This document shows positions 30,226 to 41,620 of a DNA stretch of 64,000 nt, piece after piece. The translations under genes and the position numbers were made by a program. Location of the stretch: assembly GCA_963720565.1 (NCBI GenBank), contig CAVRFW010000004.1:1-64000 (forward strand), read 5' to 3'. Within the stretch, counting starts at the first letter, position 1. Each line of letters starts with the position of its first letter. Source of the stretch: Candidatus Bathyarchaeota archaeon. GTDB taxonomy: Archaea; Thermoproteota; Bathyarchaeia; Bathyarchaeales; Bathycorpusculaceae. The notes beneath the pieces were generated by a model. It was not told where the DNA came from. It saw only the letters and a program-made list of their open reading frames with translations, and searched no databases.

Positions 30226-32761
30226 TCATTTTTTCCGCAGCATCAGCACTATTACAGCGCCAACTACTGCGATTGCAGCGATTATTCCGCCTGTTGCAGG
30301 CAGCAAGTACTGGTCAGCTAAAGATGTAGGTGCATGTGTTGGTTCAGGACTGGCGGCTGGTGCTTCACCGACGTTTATGGCGGTTTCGGAATATGAAGCA
30401 TAGTAGGCTTTGGATCCCGCGAATCTGGCAACGATGGTGTATTTGCCCGGTACTTCTGGCGTGAACGCTAGACTATAGAAGCCTGTTAGATCGCTTGTGG
30501 TTCTGCCGACTTCGTAGTAGTTGTTGTTTGCATCAAGAACCTCGATGATGACCTCAACGCCTGCTGCGCTGGTTGGGCACTCGAACTGCTTGTAGACATA
30601 CAGCATCCATTCGCTCTGGCTGCCGTCAGATACCGCTGGAACCCCGTTTGGAAAACGAACGGTCAACCCGTAGTCTTTTGTGCCTGGGGAAGTGTCAGTT
30701 ACGAATCCTTTCACTAGTACCTCAGTTCCAAACGGCTGAGTAGTCTCTGGTGCAGAAACTGTGGTCTTGCTTGGACCTTTTCCGACGGCCCATATGCGTT
30801 GGTCGTATGTGTCCATCGTTGCGTAGATGCTGTCGCCCATGACTGCGTTTCCACCCCAACGAGTAGCACGATACATGCCGTTAGCCCTCCACACGACCTC
30901 GCCTGTTTCAGCGTCAAGGCACACGAGAGGTGCACCGCGCGGGATAGGATTCTCGGCAGAGTGTTCAGTGTGTCCCATGTAGATTTTTCCGTCAGCAATC
31001 AACGTTATCCACGCCCACCAGTTGTTGCCGGTTACAGGTTCATTGTAAGGATCAGTCATGTTGTACGTCCAAACTGTGTCGCCCGTCGCCAAATCGTAGG
31101 CATATAATGTGCCAGCAACGCCAGCTGAGAAGAGCTTGCCGTATGCAAAGTGCCACGAGTGCTCCACAGCGCCCCAGCCATACCAGTCTAGCCAATGCTC
31201 AGAGTCAGTCTCCCATAGGAAGTCTCCAGTTTCCGTGCTGAAGCCGTAGTGTTTTCTGAGTTCTTTAGCCCATACTGCGATAACACCGTTTTCAACCTCG
31301 TCAGTCGCACCCGTAGGTTGTAATACCATGAGGCCTTCTAGCCACACGGATGGCGCATTCCACGTTTTGTCGAACAATAATGTTCCTCTACTGCCTGCAA
31401 GAGTGCTTACTGCCCAGACTCTCACCCGGGTCTGATTGTAGTCCATTGAAACTATTCTGTCAGGATACACATTGGAGCTTGCGCTTACTAGTCCTGCGGG
31501 AATGGTTACGTTCCACGATATGGCTCTAGGGTCAGACGCGTCTAATTGTTTGCCCATGAACGAGTTGCCCTGCCCAGAAGTTGTGCCAACTGCCACCCGT
31601 TGTCGGATCAATCATGAAGCCTGGGGCTGTATGTCCAGCTGCAGTTGAATTCCAAAGAGCCATCCAACGGTTCGCATAGTCTATTTGGTAGATGAGGATT
31701 TCACCGCTTGGACCATAGACACGTGTTCCGGAAGGCATGTTTATCATTGAATACGTCCATTCGCCAGTGAAGGGATCATAAGCTTTCCAAGTTGAACCCG
31801 CACTTGCATCCCACAGGTAAGTGAAGACACCGTCATAGTTGTAGCTGTTGAAGTAGAAGACTTGCCCAAAAGACAGGACAGTGTTGTTTCTAAACCAAAG
31901 CTCTTCTCCAGTATGCAAGTCAACAGCAACGATTCCTTTGTGACCTGCATAGTCATCGTCTCTGTTGTAGTAGAGAACACCATTTAGCACCACTGAATCT
32001 AGGAATTTGCCTGCATATGCGTCGCCAGTCTCAGATCCAGCCGGAACCTGCCCACTGCCCAACAAACCTCCAGTTAATCCGCCAGTGGTTAATTGTTTGA
32101 CCCATAGGACGTGCGCAGTCTCCGGTGCATCAGCGTTGTAGGGGGCAATATTGTTGGCCGCTCTACTCACCCAGTTGCCTGCAATCGAGTACCATTCTCT
32201 GAGCTGTGGGTCTATGGGGCGTGTCCAGTATTCCGCTGGAAGTGGATGCCCTGGATAGTCTGGCAATGGATCCTGCTGAACAACGAGATTAATTGTTTCA
32301 CTAGTGCTCGCCTGCACTACGGTGCCCGCAAGCATTAAGATACCTCTTTCCATGTCAAAGTATGTTTGCGGAAATGTCTGCTCAGGGAAGTGCATCGTCA
32401 GCTTGTATGTGCCAATTAAATTGGGCGTGTACACCGTTGCGGTTCCGCCTGTAGAGTCTGTTCTGAAGGGTCCTAAAGTTTGGGTTGTGCCATCTGGTTT
32501 AACAACGGTTACCGTAATACCTGTCCAACCGTCCTGCGGGTATCCTAAGAGCTGCGAAACTCCAAATCGAATCAGCACCTCCTGACCAACTCCCACGGGG
32601 TTGGGAATGGCATCGATAAAGGGAAAGGTTTTCAGCGAAGTTAATTGCGCCTGAGTAGTCGGCATTGACATGACAATTGAAGCTGCAAAGGTTAAAAGTA
32701 GTAACATCGATAGCAATTTCTTAGTTCTTTGTATTACTCTGATTTCGTCTATTGTATTCAT
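30226..32761 (-). CDS. Large PQQ-like beta-propeller surface protein with Ig-like ends and C-terminal TM; frameshift near 31540
   Basis: Signal peptide, PNPVGVGQ, repeated D..TG...W units, C-terminal TM plus RKK; ORFs 31532..32761 and 30226..31611. Confidence 0.85.
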
Positions 32762-33369
32762 TTTTTCTTCTCCTTAGAAGTATAATACACATTTCTGTGT
32801 ACGCGTCCTCGTTGTGTACCTCTAATATATATAATTTGCCAAAGAACAGGTTCTAAATAGATTCTGGTGAAACATTATCCCAAAAATCTTTTAACAAGAT
32901 ACGATTTTGCCGCAAGAATTGTTAAACATGGAAGCAGAATCTTTCAAGATAATCGAGCGCCACAAAATACGGGAAAACGCTCACCAACACAAGGATATCC
33001 TTTTGGGAACCGTATTTATTGCCATTTTTTACGCACAACTGCTCTTTTTCTCTTTCTAAACGCGAGCTTCAATGACCAAAAGAAAAGGCAAAAGTCCCAT
33101 GGGGTTTCTGGGCACGTGCCGCATAATGGACTTGGTTGAAAAAAGACTGCTGTTCCTGCTTGAGAGTTTGCGTCGAAACTCACAGGAAGTGTTTAAATCT
33201 CCGTATGTTATATTTATCTAACATAAAGCGCTCATCTCCTAAGCTTGGACGTAAATAATTGAGGTGAGACGAATCAAAAGTCAAGAATTCATGCTCTTTG
33301 GAATTGCACTTTATCCTGGAATGGTTATGAGAATCAGATAGTTGGTACTCTTTTACCGGGGTGAGTGTT

Positions 33370-34240
33370 CCTTGTCAATCTTCTATCGGGTGCATTAACA
33401 CTGCGGTAGTTGTGCCACTCATCTCAGAGTGCATGCAGACTGCACTGTCCGAGGCTTATTTTCTGACCCGTGGTCACGAAGAACCTTCTTTATCATTTCT
33501 TCATCAAAGTCGACTCTTGCGATCAGCAACTCTTTCGATCCGCGAATCTGAGGGGAGAAGTACGAAATCGCTGGAACTTTCGGACTTTTTCAATCATGAG
33601 CATGGGCATAATCGCAGTGTTGATTTTAATCCCCGCCTTGGTCATTTGGAACACGAACCTTCAAAGCCGACAAGAAAGCTCCAGGGTATCCGTTGGCTTT
33701 GCGAGCCAAGGTAACGACACCTCGTGCCCGCCTGTTTTCGCTTTTGCCGGAAAGCCGCTTACTTGCGTGTTCTGGCCAATCTTCTCGAGCCATCTACTCG
33801 CAGTATCACTGAAGTGAGAGTTACTTCGGCTCATCAACATGAAGCTGGCTACCCCATGCATAGCTACGCCCTGGTATCCAGTGTATCCTTCCTCTGCTGC
33901 GATGGCACTTTGGAAGAAAAGGTTTTGAGATCTTCGTTGGCGACGCTGCGAACCAGGACTAAAAGGTTGAGTGAAGTTCAAGAGTACGACCTCACACAGG
34001 AAGGTCTCGCTTGTGGAAGTGCTTTTGGAAGAAAACCATGCTTCTTCAAGAACAAGGAACCATATCAATCATCTGAATAAACAGTAGAGCTGACATTAGC
34101 CTCTGCCGTTCAGCAATTCCATTGACCTGTTCGCATTTTCGAAGATAAACGAAAATGGGGAGGTGAATAATGTGGCAACTATGGGTTTGCAATCGCACCG
34201 CAGTCCCGTATTGGCTGTAGTCTTGCGGTTGCCTTTTGAT
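33370..34240 (-). pseudogene. Possible heavily decayed radical-SAM (SPL-like) gene remnant
   Basis: Minus-strand fragments NGRG*CQLYCLF, DTASRWLE and TKAGIKINTAIMPML resemble SPL-family motifs in the expected order, with stops; weak evidence. Confidence 0.25.
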
Positions 34241-34483
34241 AAGAAAAAGGTTCAAGCCTCGCCAAATGGCCAATTTTCTGGCTCTCGCCATCGCTCTTGC
34301 AGTGTTGGCAAGACATTCTCGTAGTCGCTTCATGATTAGATACTCATTCCTTCAACGACACAAATTGTTCGTCATCTATGCTTGTTTCAAGAGCTCAAGA
34401 AAGATTTGCCGTAACCCGTAAATCTTGGTTGGTAGACTAAATTTATTCCCAAAAAAATTAAAATTCAGTGCACGCACTTGGTG

Positions 34484-35140
34484 TTATACGCTTTCATTGT
34501 TGAGGAGCTCAGGGACTTGCTGAGTCAACTTCAACCAATTTTCGCCAGTATTCTTCCTTATTAGCGGTTTTACTGTAGCGAAGACTCGTTGAGGCATAAG
34601 TGACATCCAATGTTTTGTAACCAAGACTTGGTCTGCTATATCGAGCAAGGGAAACAGCCATTGAATTACTGTAGGGAATCGTTCAGGAGGAACTTTGCTT
34701 GACATGATATTAACAATTGATGTTTGTTCTTCGTCTGTGGTTCGTTCTCTGATACTGGGATATAGAAACGCGTCTTCCTTTCCCAAATGAATCGTTAAGT
34801 GCGACTTCAACACCGCGGTTGCCCTAGCTACTATTAGAGGGTTAGGTGTCTCACGGATTGCCTCTAACCCGTTAACCATTTTGTCAAGGTAACGGTGGTC
34901 AAGCAGATAGGTTCCAGTAACAAACGGCGTTAAATTGTCAACCACCGGAAAAACAGCTGCCTCCTCTCCCATCGCGTGATTGTCTAAGACTTCGCTCATG
35001 ATTTGAAGTCGGGCAAATAAAGGAACCAAGTCTCCACCATTCTGCACAACGGAAACAACGGCATTATCAATTTGAGAAATATCTCGACGGAATGCATTGT
35101 GGAAGCAACGAATCACGTCTATAGGTCTTGTCAAAAACAA
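34484..35140 (-). CDS. Hemerythrin/HHE cation-binding domain protein
   Basis: H..FRRD, H...EE..VFP, H, and HL.KED..LYP motifs. Confidence 0.85.
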   Translation of the reverse strand: MFLTRPIDVIRCFHNAFRRDISQIDNAVVSVVQNGGDLVPLFARLQIMSEVLDNHAMGEEAAVFPVVDNLTPFVTGTYLLDHRYLDKMVNGLEAIRETPNPLIVARATAVLKSHLTIHLGKEDAFLYPSIRERTTDEEQTSIVNIMSSKVPPERFPTVIQWLFPLLDIADQVLVTKHWMSLMPQRVFATVKPLIRKNTGENWLKLTQQVPELLNNESV

Positions 35141-35267
35141 TCCTCACTGTAAATAATTTGGAAACCAATTAATTAACTGTACTCATTAGATATGGAAGAT
35201 TACCGTAATGAAATTCCAATGGGTGCATCAAACTTAATCCAACCAACCCAAAAACATTAAGATAAGA

Positions 35268-36167
35268 TTGAGGAGTAGCTCTAATGTGGAAACAATAATC
35301 AAAAGCCTATTTGTCATTCTGATAGTTGCAGTTCTCGTATTTGCTGGAGGATTCTACCTGACTAATCAGATGAGAGCCTCAAGTGAGAGATTTGGAGTAT
35401 ACCTTCAAAACAGCAATGAACCAGTCATATCCGATGACGAAATTGTATGGTATAACAAGAGCAGCCACGAAATCAAACTCACTGAAGAAGGAGTCAAGAA
35501 AATACAAGCACTAAAAGTGGAAGATGTAACCTACGGGGACCCTTTTGTTTTAAAAATAGGCGACCAAGAGATTTACAACGGGTCCTTTTGGACTCCAATT
35601 TCATCCATCCCGTATCATGGAATCGCCATAGTGAATCTTGTCAATACACCTGACAATACAATAAAGCTGGATATGGGCTATCCATCGGGTTCTCTTCAGG
35701 ATGCAGACCCCAGAAATGACACGAGGATTTTTGACCACTTTCAAAAGCTTGGCAAACTGAAACAGACTCTCAAAATAGAAATCGACTACAATCCCCCAGT
35801 TGACACGAACGCACTTTTCCAATTTCAAAATGATACTTGGTACATTCGGGGAAGTGCTATGCACATAGTCGACAACCCCAACCAGCAGAGCACCCAGTTG
35901 AGAAAAGGTGATTCTGTTGTTTTGAAACTTGCTGAGTACCCTTCTACGGTGAGACAAGGATTTTTGTCCTACAATTCCTTATTCTTGCAAAGCAGTGATG
36001 AATTAGGTGATATTGGATGCGAAGAAATTGGATTAGATGACCCCCCGAGATTTGTTGTTCCAGACGGGTATTATGTTTTTGAACTTGGGGTTGCCAATGT
36101 TGATTGTTACTGGTTCAGAGAGTCCATTGGCGCATGGATATTCGATGTAACCGTGATTCCCGCATAG
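35268..36167 (+). CDS. Hypothetical membrane-anchored extracellular protein
   Basis: 299-aa ORF with an N-terminal TM. Confidence 0.65.
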   Translation: MRSSSNVETIIKSLFVILIVAVLVFAGGFYLTNQMRASSERFGVYLQNSNEPVISDDEIVWYNKSSHEIKLTEEGVKKIQALKVEDVTYGDPFVLKIGDQEIYNGSFWTPISSIPYHGIAIVNLVNTPDNTIKLDMGYPSGSLQDADPRNDTRIFDHFQKLGKLKQTLKIEIDYNPPVDTNALFQFQNDTWYIRGSAMHIVDNPNQQSTQLRKGDSVVLKLAEYPSTVRQGFLSYNSLFLQSSDELGDIGCEEIGLDDPPRFVVPDGYYVFELGVANVDCYWFRESIGAWIFDVTVIPA

Positions 36168-36307
36168 AATTTTGCATGTGTACTGCCGCTATTCATAGAA
36201 CAGCATAAAAATTGGCCAAATTGGGTTGGGGTTGGAGCACGGCCGCCTCGTAATCGAACATAATCGAAGTTCGAGATGAACAAAACTCAGTGTACCACAT
36301 AAGGTTT

Positions 36308-37447
36308 TCAATGTTTGCGTTCCTTGAAGTAAACCAGAATACCGACAGCAACCACAACAATGGCTACAACGGCAGCGATAGCAACAGGGACTGCTGGCAA
36401 AGGCTCCATTTCAATGATAGAATTGGTGAAGGGTGTGTATTGCATTACAACAGTTGAGTCCATCGTGAAGATGTTGTGACCGCCGCCCATCACATACACT
36501 GTGTCGTCAACAACAGCTAAAGCCAGCCCCGCCCTATCTATCGGCATTGGGGCAGCCGAAAACCAAGAGTTGCTCTCTGGAAAATACACCTGATTTGCGA
36601 TTTGACCGCTAAGCGGGTTGGCGGCATTACTTCCACCAATGACATAGATCGCTTTTGCAGCCGCTGTGCCAGTTGTTACACCTGCAGCGGCACTATTGAC
36701 ACCCATTGGGATAGGCACACCCATGCTCCACTCATCCGATTCGGGGTCGTATATTTGCGTCAAATTAGTAATAGTAGAGCCGCTTGCCACTCCCGATATC
36801 ACGTAGATTTTGCCATCCAGTACAGCCGAAGCATATCCAGCAACAGCCGTCGGCATCGGCGAACCAGCAGCCCAAGTATCAGTCACAGGGTCGTAAATTT
36901 CGACTTGAGCACTCTTTTCTGCAACTGAAGATGATTCCGATTCGATCCATCCGCCAATCAGATATATCTTCCCACCAACCTCGTTTGCCTGAAGCCCAGA
37001 CCTCGCTGTCGGCATCGACGTTTTCGTCTCCCATGAATCTGTCTCAGTATCATAAACCTCGTTAACATTAGTTGAGATTGAGTAATCTTTTGAAACGTTT
37101 CTCCCGCCAAAACAGTAAATTCTTCCTTGGAAAGCTGCTACTCCGGGACCATCTCTGGAAGTTGGCATGGGAGCCTTCTCGATCCAAATGTCTGTGGCTG
37201 GATCGTAGGCTTCGGTTGAATTGATAGAAATATAGGAGAATCCCGTGGCCGATATGTTGTATCTCTGACTGCCACCTATAACGTACACAATTTCATTGAC
37301 TACTGTCGCTCCAGCGCCAGTTCTTGAAAAGTGCATCGAAGCTTTTGTTATCCAAGAATTTTCGGCACCCCTCACGAAAGGCATCGCAACTGTCAATGAT
37401 AGTAGAATTGCCGAAAGAAGCGTTGCTACCAACGCTACCCCGTTCAT
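36308..37447 (-). CDS. Kelch-repeat surface protein with C-terminal TM
   Basis: Six GKIYVIGG...YDP.TD.W...MPT.R repeats. Confidence 0.92.
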   Translation of the reverse strand: MNGVALVATLLSAILLSLTVAMPFVRGAENSWITKASMHFSRTGAGATVVNEIVYVIGGSQRYNISATGFSYISINSTEAYDPATDIWIEKAPMPTSRDGPGVAAFQGRIYCFGGRNVSKDYSISTNVNEVYDTETDSWETKTSMPTARSGLQANEVGGKIYLIGGWIESESSSVAEKSAQVEIYDPVTDTWAAGSPMPTAVAGYASAVLDGKIYVISGVASGSTITNLTQIYDPESDEWSMGVPIPMGVNSAAAGVTTGTAAAKAIYVIGGSNAANPLSGQIANQVYFPESNSWFSAAPMPIDRAGLALAVVDDTVYVMGGGHNIFTMDSTVVMQYTPFTNSIIEMEPLPAVPVAIAAVVAIVVVAVGILVYFKERKH

Positions 37448-37550
37448 GTCAACACCAATCTATACTCCTGAAAACTCGCATTTAACTCTCCCCAGAGAAC
37501 ACACCGTTCTCCAAGAAAAACATTGATATCCAGGCTGGAATTCTCGGAGT

Positions 37551-37965
37551 TCAGATGTTTGATAGGCGTATGCTCGATTCCGAATACTCTATCCACATAT
37601 GGTTCTGATATTCTCTCTTACCCTCTATTGACCTGAACTGGAATGTGCCTCCGCCTTTCTTCATCCACGTAACCTGAGTGGTTGAGGCTGTCTTCTTATT
37701 CATCGCATCCCAGTAAGCCGTCGTTAATGTGTGCTCGACTTTTCTCTGCAACAGACACTCCTAAGACGCTTGGTGTCTCAGCCCATTCCTGTGGCGACTT
37801 GAAGCCCAGCATCTTCGCAAATTTGCTGTTGCACGCTTTGTGGTTATCGTCGAGATACAGGAAAATCGGCTGCTCTGAAGAGTCAAAGACTGGCTTCATC
37901 TGCTCGTAAAGACCTTTTACTACTTGCGCATGGTGCGCCTCTGGACTTAGCAATTTTTTCGACAT
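37551..37965 (-). CDS. Stand-alone PAS-like domain protein; frameshift near 37735
   Basis: VFDSSEQPIFLY...CNSKFAKMLGF...WMKKGG; ORFs 37696..37965 and 37551..37751. Confidence 0.6.
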
Positions 37966-38020
37966 ATGTTTCTTCCCTCCCCTTCAATTTTTTAGTTTAA
38001 TTCTAAGTTTAGTTGCGAAA

Positions 38021-38284
38021 TTAGAGGAGATTTATGGCTTCTTGTCTTGGGATGGCGACCAGTGTCTCGGTGGCTACGAACTCCGACACGCCTAAGGAGA
38101 ATTTTAGCGCTTCTTTTTCATTTGCTGCTTCAAATACAACGACTGTGTCATAGCGTCCCAGGGTCCAGTACCAGTTTAGAACGTTTATTCCCTTCTTTTT
38201 GAACTCCGCCACCTTTTCGGTGGCTTCCCCAGTCAGTGCCTTGTCAGGTTTCTTCCTCATTTTGCCCAGACTCACAAAAATCAA
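38021..38284 (-). CDS. GYD-domain protein
   Basis: YWTLGRYDTVVVFEA...TETLVAI; GGGGTGA SD. Confidence 0.88.
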   Translation of the reverse strand: MIFVSLGKMRKKPDKALTGEATEKVAEFKKKGINVLNWYWTLGRYDTVVVFEAANEKEALKFSLGVSEFVATETLVAIPRQEAINLL

Positions 38285-38667
38285 CAGATTTCACCCCCGT
38301 TGAGTTAGTGCAGATTGTTTAGTCTTTCATAGGACCAATGCTGATTTAAGCTGTTGTGATTGCCGTTGCACAGTCACAAAATCTTGCGAAACTGTTCTGC
38401 AACAACTCGATTACCCTATACTCGTTTCCGTCTATACCTATATCCCATATTGATATTGAATTGAATCTGAACCTACGCGTACCCTACATCTTGATGTTGT
38501 AATAATCAAACCATATATGACCTGAATCCTGTATACAGTCGATGTAGCCTGTTTTCTACAAAATCATCAGCGTCGTCGTCAAGTTGGTTGGTTGGATTAA
38601 ATTTTTATCCGAATTTCGTCTAAGTAAGAGGTAAGAAACAGTTGCTTGAAAAAGGAGAAAAGGGACT

Positions 38668-39045
38668 GTGAAAACGAAATTTGTGACTGTGGGAATTAGA
38701 GTCAAAGAACTCGAAAAATCAGTAGATTTCTATGGAAAGTTGCTTGGAATGGTAATAGTAGGCAGAGGAAAACTTGAAGAGACCAAGGGAGAATGGATAG
38801 AGTTAGCGAGCGAAGATGACGGTTTTATTCTTGAGTTAAATTACTACGAAGCAGGCAGTCCTTATTGCGTTGAATATTCGGTGGGCGAGGGACTGGATCA
38901 CCTGACATTTAAAGTTGACGACCTAGACGAGGCTCTCAAAGAAATGGATTTGGCTGGTTATCACGTGAAAGATAAACATAAACAAGGAAAATTCCGATGG
39001 GCTTATGTTGAAGACCCCAATGGGATTTGGATTCAATTATATTGA
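38668..39045 (+). CDS. VOC/glyoxalase family protein
   Basis: IRVKELEKSVDFY...LELNY...DHLTFKVDDL...EDPNGIWIQL. Confidence 0.9.
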   Translation: MKTKFVTVGIRVKELEKSVDFYGKLLGMVIVGRGKLEETKGEWIELASEDDGFILELNYYEAGSPYCVEYSVGEGLDHLTFKVDDLDEALKEMDLAGYHVKDKHKQGKFRWAYVEDPNGIWIQLY

Positions 39046-39170
39046 AGAATTCGGTTCTGGTTGGTTGGACCAAAATTTAGTGTTGCTGTTTGACGATTGA
39101 AAATTGGGGTGGGTTGGGACTAGAATTTAAGCCCCAAACACCCATTAATCACGACAAAGTGAATCCCAAG

Positions 39171-39726
39171 ATGAAGAAAAGCTACATTGAAATCGGAATT
39201 TGCGGTCTTTCCTGCAGACTCTGTCCCGCCTACCATAGGGAAACCAAAAGCAAGTGCGAAGGATGCAAAAGCGAATACCGAATGGGCGCTGCATGCCCCT
39301 TCCACACCTGCGCCATTAAGAAAAAAAGAATAGACTTCTGTGTGGTCTGCGATGAAAACAACACTTGTGCCAAGTGGAGAAAATTCAGAGAAGCGGGCAA
39401 ACAACACGACTCAATACTTAGCTACCAGAGGCTTGAAGACAACATCGCCTTCATCCAGAAAAACGGAATGGAAGAGTTCGAAAAACAACAAGAAACAAGG
39501 GAGAAACTGCTTAGGGCAATTCCTGACAGAATTCAACGAAGGACGCTCAAAAACCTTCTACTGCACAGCCGCAACTGTCTTGGAAAGCGGTGAGCTTGAA
39601 AGCGTTTTGGAGAATGCACGAGCGAAATCGAAGGGATTAGACATTAAAGCGAAATCAGAAGTTATGCATTCACTCTTAAACGAAGTTGCGGACAACAGGA
39701 ACTACTTGCTAAAACTGAGAAGATAG
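39171..39726 (+). CDS. DUF3795-like Cys-rich protein; frameshift near 39520
   Basis: GICGLSCRLCP...CEGC...C...C...FC..C; continues FNEGRSKTFYC in ORF 39340..39726. Confidence 0.8.
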
Positions 39727-40104
39727 AACTGCTAATCATTATCAAAAAAACCGTATACTCGTTTCCGACCACCTATACTCTACTCTATTATGAATTGGAT
39801 TTGACTAGCCTGGCGGGCGCTAAGCGGTAGTGTGCATGGCTGTTTTAAGATTAGCTCTGATGTGTGTTTCGGTTTCTGATATATTCTTTCTGGGAAATGT
39901 TGCTTATATCAACTCTTGCGATATCTGATTTCAGGGTTTAGACAATGATAAAGCGGATGACGCAGGAAGAATTTAACACGCTCTATAAGATAATCTGGCA
40001 GAGTGGGCCCCAAACAAGATATTCAAATCCCAATTCATGGTTTAGCAGTTGCGCTCTTTGAAGACTCCTTCAAAACCTGCAGCGCCTAGATGCCCAAATA
40101 ACGT

Positions 40105-40461
40105 TCAGTACCATTTCTTGATTTCAGCAACTGCCGCCGAAGAATCACAGCATTGGCTCAGCATGCATTCAACGGCTCTCTCGCATTCAACGCATTCCAT
40201 CGGTATCGGCTCACTCCTATCCTTCTGATTCAGGTAGCCAAACCAGTATTGGCAGGAACCTGCTAGTTTCTGTTCCTCGTCTATCTTATTCAGACAATGG
40301 GGACAAGCATAATATTGTACAAGTTTCGGTTTCTCAAAAACTCTGTCGCATTTAAGACAACGACGTTGACCCTCAGAGGTTGACCACGACCGAGACATCT
40401 GTTCCAGGAACATCACCCAATGATTTGTTTCAAAAACTCCACGCGAGAGCACTAGTTCCAA
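40105..40461 (-). CDS. Small multi-Cys Zn-finger protein (start probably near 40413)
   Basis: CLKC...CPHC...CQYWFGYL...CVEC...C. Confidence 0.7.
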   Translation of the reverse strand: MELVLSRGVFETNHWVMFLEQMSRSWSTSEGQRRCLKCDRVFEKPKLVQYYACPHCLNKIDEEQKLAGSCQYWFGYLNQKDRSEPIPMECVECERAVECMLSQCCDSSAAVAEIKKWY

Positions 40462-40480
40462 ACAGTTACCAAGAAATCAA

Positions 40481-40960
40481 TCATCTATACATTACTCTAG
40501 CTTCTTCTTCTTTAACAAGGATACTTGTTTGTTCTTCATAGCTGTTAGCCTCCTCAAAGTACTTCTTTGCGAAGGATACGTATTCTTTGAACGTCAAATC
40601 AGGCAGTACCTTCTGGAAGCGCGTACTCTGGTCAGGGAGCGTATATTCCCAAACTACTCCAATCTTTAGGTGAAGTTGCATCATCACCATTATCTCGAGA
40701 CTCTTGGATCCAAGCCCAAAAAGACCTTCAAGCCCTCTTGAAAAATCTTCAATTCTATTTGGGATCTCATGTTTTGTGATACTTAGGGCCGTCTCAAAAT
40801 ACTCGTAGAAAGCCGACCTCGTGTTTTCACCGTAAACCAATAATGCCTCATCTATGGCTTCTATAAGAACGGCATCAAACTTGCAGCTATCGCCAGGACA
40901 TCTCAACGCATAGGCGCCTCCTTCCTCAGCAGCCGCCGATTTTCTTGGCTGTCTTGGCAC
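40481..40960 (-). CDS. DUF3227/NitrOD5-like small helical protein
   Basis: LIEAIDEAL..YGE...FYEY...IP.RIEDF..GLE.LFG.G...LE pattern; follows the receiver gene. Confidence 0.65.
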   Translation of the reverse strand: MPRQPRKSAAAEEGGAYALRCPGDSCKFDAVLIEAIDEALLVYGENTRSAFYEYFETALSITKHEIPNRIEDFSRGLEGLFGLGSKSLEIMVMMQLHLKIGVVWEYTLPDQSTRFQKVLPDLTFKEYVSFAKKYFEEANSYEEQTSILVKEEEARVMYR

Positions 40961-41399
40961 TCAAAGCTTGTCTTGTGCGAGCTTGGATGAATTCTGCAAC
41001 TTTTGCCTGACCATATTTGTTTTCTTCCTCTTGAAGTTCTAGGAGTTCTTTCATTTTCGCCAGCAACTTTTCTATCGCCACGGGTTTAGTGAGAAAAGCA
41101 TCAGCGCGTTCATTGACTGCTTCAATCGCGTTGTTCATTGAAGGATAACCAGTGAGCATTATCCTCGCCATTTTAGGCGTGGTTTCCTTTAGTTTATGTA
41201 GGAGTTTTGTGCCTTCAAAGTCTGGAAGACGCCAGTCTACGATTGCGAGATTGTAAAAGTTGGCATTTGCCTTTTCAATTGCCTCTCTCCCATTTTCGGC
41301 TGTGTCCACAGAGTAGCCTTCATCTTCCAACGTGACAGCTATAGTCTGTCTAATGACTCTGTCATCATCTATAACCAGTATTCTGGGATTCTTATCCAC
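40926..41399 (-). CDS. Stand-alone response regulator receiver protein
   Basis: ILVIDDD, D.RLPD, MLTGY and LTKP; no DNA-binding domain. Confidence 0.92.
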   Translation of the reverse strand: MDKNPRILVIDDDRVIRQTIAVTLEDEGYSVDTAENGREAIEKANANFYNLAIVDWRLPDFEGTKLLHKLKETTPKMARIMLTGYPSMNNAIEAVNERADAFLTKPVAIEKLLAKMKELLELQEEENKYGQAKVAEFIQARTRQALSAKTAKKIGGC

Positions 41400-41620
41400 T
41401 GAGGTCCCTTATATGATGAGGTTTCATGGAGCATATAAGACCTTTGAATTCTCAACAATAATTGACGATACTGAAAGTAAATTCATAATCACTTTATATG
41501 TAGAGAGAAGTAGCAAGAGGCATAGCTTCAGTTGTATTCGTAAAGATCAGACTGAATCATTTGTCTTCGGGGATAACAGGGCATATTGATTGGCAAAAGA
41601 AAGATTAGGCGTGAGATAGG

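Noticed and set aside
34420..39810. Canonical integron attC array
   Set aside because: GTTRRRY-like cores are present, but I could not find paired RYYYAAC/L-box hairpins; the genes are in mixed orientation and no intI is in the window.
39805..39880. tRNA-like sequence (GCTAAGCGGTAG)
   Set aside because: No T-arm GTTCRA and no acceptor-stem pairing.
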